A stretch of DNA of 64,000 nt from a virus. Below are positions 9,901 to 17,101 of the stretch, in pieces. The notes under the pieces were generated by a model. That model saw nothing but the letters and a program-made list of their open reading frames with translations. It was not told where the DNA came from and did no database searches. The translations under genes were made by a program, and so were the position numbers. The first letter of the stretch is position 1. The number at the start of each line of letters is the position of its first letter. The stretch lies in the IMG/VR virus record IMGVR_UViG_3300020464_000002, positions 1,326 through 65,325 of that record; one strand, given 5' to 3'.

Positions 9901-11147
9901 AGCTACTTGATTTTGCAAGGGCTAGCTGGGTTCCGTCTAAATCCTATGATGATATTGATGAGTGGACTAGCGAAGAACAGACGGCGGCGTACAGAAAAGA
10001 GAAAGAGTTAGTAGAAGCAGAGTTTAAAGAAGTTATCCGTCTTTTTGGTGTTCTAAAGCAGTACCGAGCCTATAAAAAGGATCAACAAGAGATTCAAGAA
10101 ATGGCAAATCTAGCAAACAGAGCTTACCTAAGCGGCTGGCGTGGCAATCCGAGTAAAGGAAGTGAGATGAATCGGTTTTTCTCAGCTGTTGACAGAAGAA
10201 AACAAATGGAAATTTACAACGAAACAAAGGAGTGGAATGCTGTTAGTGAAGATCATGTATTCCCACCAGTCGAAAAGATAGGCGATGACGAGTACAGAGC
10301 TTATCGAGATAGCGATAAAAAAGATCATTGGACAGCCAAACACGTTAGAAGTGGAGATTGGGAGGTTGTTATTGATACTGAGCGATCAAGAAATATAAAA
10401 GGCGTTAGTACATTAAGACTTTTTAACAGCATTGATGACATTATCAATGAATACCCAGCATTCAAGGGCGTTAAAGAAATTATTGCAGGCAATGATAAAA
10501 CTAAAAAAGATGACACGCTGGATGATCCCGATGCGTTATTTGCTGCATTTTTTAATGAGTTTTACGATGAGGTTATGAATAGTCAGCGTCCAAAAATACA
10601 AGGTCTGCGATTGTCAGCCAATGCGGTAGATGGAACCAATATATCTTTTGAGTCTGGAAATGGTAAGTCTTACAAAATCTTAGGATCAGAGTACAACCCT
10701 TCAGGTAAAAACGTAAACCTTAATTTGATTGAAGTTAAAGCCAACGGCGCAGGTTACACCTCTCAAAACTCTATGATATCGATTGTTGCTAGTACCAAAG
10801 TGACAAAAAATTCAGACTGGATGGAGTCATTGCGATCTAAGAAAGAGTGGCTCATATCAGAAGTTTTTGACGTACTAGACATAGATTACCAAGAAAAAAA
10901 CAAAGCCGACACAGTAGCGGAGCCAGCCACCAGCGCCGCCGCTAAGCGTATTAACGAGATCGAGCAGCAAATGAGCGCCGCTGATTTTGACCCGATGACC
11001 GTTGATACTGACGAGCTAATCGACTTGGTAGATCAGGTCGAGGGCGATGTGGAGCTTAGCGCCAAGCTAGACTATCTCAGCACGACCCTGCAGCAAAAAA
11101 TAGTTGCCGTCAGCATGAAAGCCCTTACCGATATGGCTGGCGCGTAA
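6963..11147 (+). CDS. giant virion-associated protein (1394 aa), polyvalent-protein-like
   Basis: Uninterrupted 4.2-kb ORF after a late promoter. Contains a coiled-coil segment and an internal duplicated module ending YPAFRG / YPAFKG. No catalytic motif recognised. Confidence 0.55.
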   Translation: MAYTKQNKAHSNHYITKPDGSTASRYSRYETGRITGRYREIPAVLADSTGFDSLGFDSSVGSVDDRWHVVNVFDSVNTYIDSIAVGGAMDGNHALQIAKSQLDSLGGTTCQLITNNAMQFDGMDHDHAWSIDAINKLMDNPSQNKSYLPVITAPELVVEAERVTFDSVQWDSNNNLISHGGKDSRLYLDLTRADTRNELVTEFDLADALFDMDAQEAGFDALMDTKSRLPLLKDRLFKALSQAGDESLSVTNVTQTKEFKRQGVINIAFVFDLSDGQKLSIWFHKPLESSSKLLPSDYMVSWKWMLNKRDVTAALSPKHGDNVQLPALARRIMRVAAKNSKRFKAAQARKAKVEQELLDAEQAIEDKKATISQLDADIADINAKIDAAMKAPDSDTVNESGLQADEPADAPVSTTAATAIPVREALEYVKANIFEGKDDQVLMYVTDRSTGEIKETKLVKASSKSAQTRWSNNFVNDDTTGSVYNQSIPKTNSNAATLLEDLGYKINYADPEGFIDDQFKVGDAYRFIDPNDANDTGSVLEFKSWEGINRGNDEPILSFSSFSGASGKSFKLSEMQKLVADGAAVLVTDSEAQEAKDFETEQPVSVYVNSKGRELVTVTYSHGQYNLKGSGFMNGADDEAGVLKILRSIRKDNKSMKLKEGKEFFPAGDDGKEYPPLEYDAESKTVTAYMNSKKKDSWTAIPKDDGGFTVYADNAQTRAYRTSAPKMFDNSEDLIATYPAFRGIDALLAKHSTSSDDVDYAEIDESEYPELFLDRNSDKLNILGIGDDNIHVGNQNHGEDSYSDLYHIDTGIFKDMTLNFTDAVCKVVDASIDIGADAVVGDYTATAYQDSMFDDLNSKSNPTYGITVQISKDGAYLRAEVDAYGEAKILKGMSGQDVVATVKHVFTDNTGEYKTAIENALDAQADQDMDDKKADDDMSTTDTHDVPNTAETAPAANISNSGIPDITNADKSNALEYGEKLLDFARASWVPSKSYDDIDEWTSEEQTAAYRKEKELVEAEFKEVIRLFGVLKQYRAYKKDQQEIQEMANLANRAYLSGWRGNPSKGSEMNRFFSAVDRRKQMEIYNETKEWNAVSEDHVFPPVEKIGDDEYRAYRDSDKKDHWTAKHVRSGDWEVVIDTERSRNIKGVSTLRLFNSIDDIINEYPAFKGVKEIIAGNDKTKKDDTLDDPDALFAAFFNEFYDEVMNSQRPKIQGLRLSANAVDGTNISFESGNGKSYKILGSEYNPSGKNVNLNLIEVKANGAGYTSQNSMISIVASTKVTKNSDWMESLRSKKEWLISEVFDVLDIDYQEKNKADTVAEPATSAAAKRINEIEQQMSAADFDPMTVDTDELIDLVDQVEGDVELSAKLDYLSTTLQQKIVAVSMKALTDMAGA

Positions 11148-12010
11148 TGCTGGACGCACCAGCCAACAACAAAGGCCAAAAGCCTAGCGGTAAAACGTTA
11201 GGCAGCGTTTGGCGCGAAAAAGGCTTAAACAAAAACCTTGTTGTAAAAATTAGACCAGTTGTAGAGGGTAATTTTGAGGGCGGCCAAGGTCAGCAGACTT
11301 ATAGTGTTGATACCAGCCAGCCTACGGTTGAATCTATTTTTGAGGAAGCTGATTTTTCCATCGAGAGCCAGTACAGCACGCCTTTTGAGTCATCAAACCC
11401 CGAAGGGCGCTTACCTAACCTGATGGGTATGATCCAGTCAGGCCAAATCAACGCCGCTTACTACAGCTTATTTGCGGTAACAAATGATCCAACTGGTGTG
11501 GGTGCTGGGATTGCCGAACTAGGCGCGGCCGCCGCTGAACTGACAGGCGTTGCTGATGCGTTGAGCGAGTCCGAGGGTAAATTACAAGGCTTGATGGGGC
11601 GCTCAAACTTTACCAAGTTAAACAGCCGTCAGATCTTCACGTCTGCTAGCTCGATCCGTATTACTGGCAGCTTGTTTTTTGAAGCGTGGGCTAACGCAAA
11701 AAGTGAGGTAGAAGACGCTTTACAACAATTACAAATATGGGCATCGGCCGCCGAACTATCCAAGCAATCACTATTGGTTAGCGGGATAAAAGACGGTTTT
11801 TCCGAGGCCATGTTTCCTTCAATCATTCCCCCATTGGTACAACTTCAATACGGCGGCAAAACCTATAGCCCCATGGTGGTTGAAAGTGTATCAGCACCAA
11901 TCACAGCACCTATGACCAAAGACGGCGACCGCATTGCCGTTAGGGTGCAGGTTGTCTTCTTATCATTGACCGCATGGGATGCACAAAACATTATCAACAC
12001 GAGGCGCTAA
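11147..12010 (+). CDS. hypothetical protein
   Basis: ATG overlaps the upstream stop (TAATG), indicating translational coupling. Confidence 0.6.
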   Translation: MLDAPANNKGQKPSGKTLGSVWREKGLNKNLVVKIRPVVEGNFEGGQGQQTYSVDTSQPTVESIFEEADFSIESQYSTPFESSNPEGRLPNLMGMIQSGQINAAYYSLFAVTNDPTGVGAGIAELGAAAAELTGVADALSESEGKLQGLMGRSNFTKLNSRQIFTSASSIRITGSLFFEAWANAKSEVEDALQQLQIWASAAELSKQSLLVSGIKDGFSEAMFPSIIPPLVQLQYGGKTYSPMVVESVSAPITAPMTKDGDRIAVRVQVVFLSLTAWDAQNIINTRR

Positions 12011-12012
12011 TC

Positions 12013-12750
12013 ATGACCACAACACTAACCATTCAATTATTAAATGAAAGCCTGAGCTTGCCTGATCTCAGTATTGGCGATGCCATAGACATTGCACAAA
12101 TACCGTCAGGCTTTAATGAAAAACGCCTAAGCGCCTTAATTGGCCATTTAAGCGGCGATGCAGCGTTGGCAGGTCGATTAACCGCGCAAGAGCGCTATTA
12201 CATACTGCTAAACCATCAAGCAACCACGAGCCACAAGTACAACGCTGATGACGCTGGCGCGAACGATGAATATATGATCGAAACTATCCAATCAGACGTA
12301 CCAAATGAGGTGCAAGTGGGTGAATTGATTATCAACCATTTACGCGGCGCTCACGTTGTTGTTTTAGAGGGGATTTGTGAAAACGTGGCCGAATGGCTTA
12401 TGGGGCAAATGGCGTGCCAGCTTAGCGGAAATCTAGCCAGCATTATTGGTGGCGATGACGTTGTATGGGAGCCAGTACCAGCAACCATGACCGACAGCGA
12501 GATCAACGCCGTTATTCAAGAGCGTTTTCGCTTCATTAGCGGCCTATCTGCCACCAGCGCTTTTAACGATCTTGTCGATGCCTATAGTAACGGCGCACAC
12601 CAGCTGACGCATTTTGTCAAATTAGGAAGCGACAATAAAGGCTTAACCGTTATTAAGTCAGGAGGTGACGGCAATATGGAGCCGTCACGATTTCACACCC
12701 TTGACCATTTATCAGGGGCAGCCGCAAGACTTGCAACATGCCTTGCTTGA
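12013..12750 (+). CDS. hypothetical protein
   Basis: The ATG at 12013, 2 nt after the upstream stop, is preferred over the listed 11974 start, which would overlap the previous gene. Confidence 0.6.
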   Translation: MTTTLTIQLLNESLSLPDLSIGDAIDIAQIPSGFNEKRLSALIGHLSGDAALAGRLTAQERYYILLNHQATTSHKYNADDAGANDEYMIETIQSDVPNEVQVGELIINHLRGAHVVVLEGICENVAEWLMGQMACQLSGNLASIIGGDDVVWEPVPATMTDSEINAVIQERFRFISGLSATSAFNDLVDAYSNGAHQLTHFVKLGSDNKGLTVIKSGGDGNMEPSRFHTLDHLSGAAARLATCLA

Positions 12751-12949
12751 AGACGCATTTACGATGGTGGAACACGGCAAAATGAGCTTGCCCGAAGCCC
12801 TTAAAATAGGATTGTCTTTTATAAAGCTGTATCGAGACTCACCAAGTTTTGAGCGCGTATCAAAAACCATTGAAAACGAGCGTATTTACAAGTCAGGCGT
12901 TATAGATCGTTTAAACGCAATCATACAGGTAAGCCAAGCGCGGCGTTAA
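12665..12949 (+). CDS. possible small ORF, start uncertain (12665 GTG, 12763 or 12784 ATG)
   Basis: Overlaps the previous gene in the +1 frame and contains a late-promoter-like motif. Coding status is doubtful. Confidence 0.25.
   Translation: MTAIWSRHDFTPLTIYQGQPQDLQHALLEDAFTMVEHGKMSLPEALKIGLSFIKLYRDSPSFERVSKTIENERIYKSGVIDRLNAIIQVSQARR
12769..12807 (+). promoter_or_regulatory. late-promoter-like motif upstream of lysis cassette (weaker copy)
   Basis: GGAACACGGCAAAA at 12769-12782; TAAAAT at 12802-12807 (offset 33). It lies inside a doubtful ORF, 158 nt before the holin-like gene. Confidence 0.35.
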
Positions 12950-12964
12950 TGGAGAAAGCACAGA

Positions 12965-13486
12965 ATGAATCACCGCATAGAAACAGCAAGGCTTGCGCTG
13001 GCAAATATAAGCGGCGGCAGCGCAACTTATGTGGCAACCGCATCAAGCGCCGCTGGGCTAAGCCAACAACTCAACCAAACCCATATGTTCTTATATTTGG
13101 ATCTACCGATTTGGATATTTTTTACGGCGGCATTTTTACTGGCAATCGTTGGATCGTTGGGATCTTTATATATTGATGTGATGAGGGAATCTAACCTTAC
13201 GCTCGCTCAAAAATTTATCAACTTGTCATTAGGGTTTATAACAGGACTGCTAGGCGCGTTCGTGGTCTTGCCAGCGTTCACCGCCGCGCCGCCAATGCCA
13301 GTCATCCTACTAACGTCATTAGTCACATCGTTTGCAGGTACGGTTGTTATTAGAAACGTGGGTGATCTTATTCGTAATGAGGAATTGTGGGACGCGGTAA
13401 AAACGCTGGTGATAGAACGCCTAAAAATGCTGTCTATCGACCGTGTTAAAGAACTGCTAACACTATTTTTCGGAGGTCGCAAATGA
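12965..13486 (+). CDS. holin-like membrane protein (about 3 TM segments)
   Basis: GGAGA SD. Hydrophobic stretches IWIFFTAAFLLAIVGSLGSLYI, LSLGFITGLLGAFVVLPAF and VILLTSLVTSFAGTVVI. Lies two genes upstream of the muramidase. Confidence 0.5.
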   Translation: MNHRIETARLALANISGGSATYVATASSAAGLSQQLNQTHMFLYLDLPIWIFFTAAFLLAIVGSLGSLYIDVMRESNLTLAQKFINLSLGFITGLLGAFVVLPAFTAAPPMPVILLTSLVTSFAGTVVIRNVGDLIRNEELWDAVKTLVIERLKMLSIDRVKELLTLFFGGRK

Positions 13487-13884
13487 CCCTTATTAGCTAT
13501 CTATTCAACTGGCACATAATCAATGGCGCAATGCCGTTTTTTGGGATATTAGCCAGCGCTTATATTCTTTTTAGCAGGAAGACTTGCACCGCCAACAAAG
13601 CCATATCTACAGCGCTATCATTGAGCATTATTCTATGGCTAATGCTGATATGGGCTGACTGGGGGAGCGCTGTTTTTACGCCGTCTTATCAAAGCATGTG
13701 GGCGCGAATACTGTTATTGATCGTGTCCACACTCATCATGTTTGAGTTACGCCGAAATACGATAAACAACCAAAAATTAAACCGCGCCAATGCCAGTATT
13801 ATAAAGGAAAACCAACGCCTCAATACGATCAACCAGCTACTACACCAAAAGATTAACCAACAACAAGGATTAAACAATGAGTAA
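13483..13884 (+). CDS. second lysis-cassette membrane protein (holin/antiholin-like), coiled-coil tail
   Basis: ATGA overlap with the upstream gene. About 3 TM segments, then a Q/N-rich helical C-terminus. Overlaps the muramidase start by 8 nt. Confidence 0.4.
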   Translation: MTLISYLFNWHIINGAMPFFGILASAYILFSRKTCTANKAISTALSLSIILWLMLIWADWGSAVFTPSYQSMWARILLLIVSTLIMFELRRNTINNQKLNRANASIIKENQRLNTINQLLHQKINQQQGLNNE

Positions 13885-14458
13885 GTATTTAACCAAACCT
13901 CAAATCGTGGCCGCCGCCAATGATCTTGACGTGGAATATGCGGCGCTAAAATCCGTGCTTGAAGTGGAGTGCCGTAGTAGCGGTTTTTTCAGCACAGGCG
14001 AACCCGCGATCTTGTTTGAGCGCCACGTTTATTGGCGGCGTTTAGGTGATATCTACTGGTACACCAAGCGCTTGCAGATCATGGCCAAACACCCACGCGT
14101 CTGTAATAAGTTTAGCGGCGGCTATGGCAAGTTTAGCGAACAGCACGACAAGCTAGCGATTGCAGCCAGTTACAACCGTGACGTGGCGTTAGAGTCTGCT
14201 AGCTGGGGTATCGGTCAGGTCATGGGCTATCACTGGGAGAAACTGGGCTATCCATCGCTACAGGCGTTTATCAATGATATGTATGAAAGCGAAGCCAAGC
14301 AGCTAGAAGCCGTGGTTCGTTATATCAAACACTTCAATCTTGATGGGGCTTTACGCCGTAAAGACTGGGCGGCGTTCGCTTATGGTTATAATGGCAAGGA
14401 TTACGCCAAAAACAACTATGACGAGAAGCTAAAACAGGCTTACCGCAAGTACGCATAG
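13877..14458 (+). CDS. endolysin, N-acetylmuramidase family (DUF3380-type)
   Basis: LDVEYAALKSVLEVECRSSGF..PAILFERHVY..SASWGIGQVMGYHW..DWAAFAYGYNGKDYAKNNYDEKL matches the conserved blocks of this muramidase family. Confidence 0.8.
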   Translation: MSKYLTKPQIVAAANDLDVEYAALKSVLEVECRSSGFFSTGEPAILFERHVYWRRLGDIYWYTKRLQIMAKHPRVCNKFSGGYGKFSEQHDKLAIAASYNRDVALESASWGIGQVMGYHWEKLGYPSLQAFINDMYESEAKQLEAVVRYIKHFNLDGALRRKDWAAFAYGYNGKDYAKNNYDEKLKQAYRKYA

Positions 14459-14467
14459 GGGCTAACC

Positions 14468-16954
14468 GTGGACATTAAAGACAATCTTAGCAAGATCAAG
14501 GAGTTGCAGAAAGCCACCGCCGAAGTACAGGCGGCGGCCAATGCTGTGAGTCGTATCAAAGCCAGCCAGCGCCTAATTGAGCTTTTAAAGAGTATGGGCG
14601 TTTATGATCAAAACCAACATGACATTATAGGCGAAGAAGATGAAGCGGACGACGAATACAGCGACAACACTAATGATGAAAATTACCGTTATGCTGATAC
14701 TGGTTATATCGCTGGGAGTCATAAAGAAAAGGCTGCTAAACGCATTAAAGAGCTAGCCAAAGATGGCCATACCGTCAAAGATACCGATATCGAATGGGAT
14801 GAGATCGAAGCGGACGCCTTGTTTGCTGAGGACGTAATCAAAAAGGCTAATATCTTAGGTGATATCGACTATCAAGCCATGAAAGACGCGGGCGGCGATG
14901 CTGGCACGGCGTTTATCATTCAAAAAGTATTTGCTTCTATTGCGCCAAAGCCGCATTGGGATATTCTCGAATTTTTTGAAAAAAGCAATACAGGTAAACG
15001 CATGATACGGCCGGTTAGTCACGGCGATCGTGAGCGTATCTATAAAGACATTGAAAGTAATGTCGCTGAGCGGCAAAAGCTGGCACGTAAAGCCTATGTT
15101 ACTGGGATCAATACCCTAAAAGATCGCATTATCGGTATCACTGATATCAAGTCATTGGTGGCCGAGCTAAAAGAGATTGCTGAAGAAATGGGCGGCACTA
15201 AAGTCAGTGCTGAGGACGCCAAACGTTATAAAGAATTAGATCAAAAACTAGCAGACGCTTTATCTTCCATGAAAGAGCGATCCGCTAAGTTTGAAGCCGA
15301 GTACAAAGCCGCTGAATCTAAAGCGGCGGACGAAATGGATATGCCAAAGAGCACTAAGCGGCGCGGCACGGCCATTCCCGATTATTATGACGGCAAGTTT
15401 AAGCCATTGGTAACAAAAAGCGCCTATTACCACCGCCGCCAGTCTATGAAAAGGTGGCTTGCTGACAAATACCCCGATATCGGCTTCTCAGGGTTAGAAA
15501 ATAGAAACTTCCCCGCCGTAACAACCGTTAAAAGTATTATGGCCTATAAGAATCTATTAGATGAATTTGATCTTATGACGTTGCAAGCTGGATTAAGCGG
15601 CCTTCGAGATCCAAACGCTAACCTTGCATGGGTGTCACTTGGCGAACGCTTTTGGAATATCATCGAGTTTACGTCAGGATCTTTTGTTAAACACGCCAAC
15701 ATGGCGCTAAACAAGCGTTATGACGACTGGGCTTTAACCATCAATGAGGGCGGCGCTGGCAAAGGCGGCGCTAAAAAAGGCAAGACCAAAACCACGTTTG
15801 AATTGGTGGTTGCTGACAAGATCGAGAGAAAGGGCGGGCGTGAGGTCAACGTAAGATCGACTGAAGAGTTAAAAGATATGTTCGGCTTCCGTGATATCCA
15901 GTCCGGTAACTGGGTGCTCAAAGACAAGGCTGTCGCTAAATTTCACGTTGAAAATGCGGCGGCGGCCATGATGGATCTATCCGACGTGGTAGGGATTGAT
16001 GCCAAGTCGCTAGCGTTTGGCGGCCGTTTGGCGCTGGCACTGGGCGCGCGGGGTAAAAAAGGCGCAATGGCTCATTATGAACCGGTTGCGCGCGTGATCA
16101 ACTTGAGCAAGATGAAGGGCGGCGGTGCACTTGGCCATGAGTGGTTTCACGCTATCGACAACATATTGGCCGAGGTGATGGACGTTGACGGCGGCACTAG
16201 CGCTGGCTTGTTTTTAAGTAAGGATTCATCCATTTTAGGCGATAGCCCAATAAATGCCGCGTTCAATAAGCTACGATCAGCGATGCTAGAGGGTGATATT
16301 CGAGCACCTGAATCGTTTGAGATCACAGAGTCTCTTGTTAGAGCCGCTAAGCTAAACCTACCTGACGGCGATTATTTAGGCAAGTTACAAAGAGTCATTA
16401 AGGACAACGATGCCACGCAAGCGGTGATCGAGGTTGATAGAATATTGACGCGTAGTAATGGCGGCAAGCGCAGCAAAAATCACAAAACATGGCGTAGAAT
16501 AGCCGCTGCCTATCACAACCAAGACAAGATAGGCGAAACAATCACGCTAAACACTGGTGAACCGTCATCTAGTTTTTATGCTGAGTCAAAACGACTGGAC
16601 GAGGGTAGATCTAAGCCGTACTGGTCAACCACGCTCGAAATGGCAGCGCGTGCGTTCCAAGCCTTTTTAGAAGACAGCTTAAAGGCGCAGGATCGCCAAA
16701 ACGACTATCTCAGTTACGGTGCTAACAATGCGCTATATAAAAACCATAACGCTTATCCCGATGGGGCGGAGCGTGAGAATATCAACGCCGTCTTCACTGA
16801 ATTGTTTAAAGTAATCAAAGACGAACGTATTTTTGAAAACGCCATGGAAGATGAAGCCATGATGGATGCCATTTTTGGGGCAAAAAGTATCTTTTTTGAC
16901 GAAGAACAGGCAGCCATTAACACGTTGTTTGGTGACAACGAGTATCACTGGTAA
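14468..16954 (+). CDS. large polyvalent protein with zincin-like metallopeptidase motif
   Basis: 828 aa, GTG start after AGGGG. Single HExxH (LGHEWFHAIDN). Adjacent to the DarB-like gene. Confidence 0.55.
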   Translation: MDIKDNLSKIKELQKATAEVQAAANAVSRIKASQRLIELLKSMGVYDQNQHDIIGEEDEADDEYSDNTNDENYRYADTGYIAGSHKEKAAKRIKELAKDGHTVKDTDIEWDEIEADALFAEDVIKKANILGDIDYQAMKDAGGDAGTAFIIQKVFASIAPKPHWDILEFFEKSNTGKRMIRPVSHGDRERIYKDIESNVAERQKLARKAYVTGINTLKDRIIGITDIKSLVAELKEIAEEMGGTKVSAEDAKRYKELDQKLADALSSMKERSAKFEAEYKAAESKAADEMDMPKSTKRRGTAIPDYYDGKFKPLVTKSAYYHRRQSMKRWLADKYPDIGFSGLENRNFPAVTTVKSIMAYKNLLDEFDLMTLQAGLSGLRDPNANLAWVSLGERFWNIIEFTSGSFVKHANMALNKRYDDWALTINEGGAGKGGAKKGKTKTTFELVVADKIERKGGREVNVRSTEELKDMFGFRDIQSGNWVLKDKAVAKFHVENAAAAMMDLSDVVGIDAKSLAFGGRLALALGARGKKGAMAHYEPVARVINLSKMKGGGALGHEWFHAIDNILAEVMDVDGGTSAGLFLSKDSSILGDSPINAAFNKLRSAMLEGDIRAPESFEITESLVRAAKLNLPDGDYLGKLQRVIKDNDATQAVIEVDRILTRSNGGKRSKNHKTWRRIAAAYHNQDKIGETITLNTGEPSSSFYAESKRLDEGRSKPYWSTTLEMAARAFQAFLEDSLKAQDRQNDYLSYGANNALYKNHNAYPDGAERENINAVFTELFKVIKDERIFENAMEDEAMMDAIFGAKSIFFDEEQAAINTLFGDNEYHW

Positions 16955-16996
16955 GTTTAAAAAACGGCAGCCTAGCCAGCGTTTAGCGCTAACCAA

Positions 16997-17021
16997 CCCC
17001 GCCAAAAATGGCGGGGTTTTT
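16997..17021 (+). terminator. intrinsic terminator
   Basis: CCCCGCC / GGCGGGG stem, 6-nt loop, T5. Confidence 0.7.
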
Positions 17022-17025
17022 CATT

Positions 17026-17101
17026 GGAACAGTGTAAAAGTTGCTAGCCGTTTACTTGTCATAATTGGTTATTGCTTTTTATAACCAATCGGACAGCATT
17101 T
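17026..17101 (+). promoter_or_regulatory. late promoter-leader module 4
   Basis: GGAACAGTGTAAAA at 17026-17039; TGtCATAAT with hexamer at 17060-17065 (offset 34); inverted repeat ATTGGTTAT 17064-17072 / ATAACCAAT 17081-17089; ATG 17102. Confidence 0.55.

Noticed and set aside
12665-12750. Overlap of 12013..12750 with 12665..12949 as a programmed frameshift (tail chaperone G/GT-like).
   Set aside because: The second frame is +1 rather than -1. No slippery heptamer is visible in the 86-nt overlap, and no tape-measure gene follows.
17072-17101. ORF-track start codons at 17072, 25003, 55908, 61197, 33507, 33023, 36393, 39906, 41516 and 11974.
   Set aside because: Each lies in a leader hairpin, terminator or repeat, or overlaps the upstream gene. 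In every case a downstream in-frame ATG has an SD and fits the promoter/terminator geometry.
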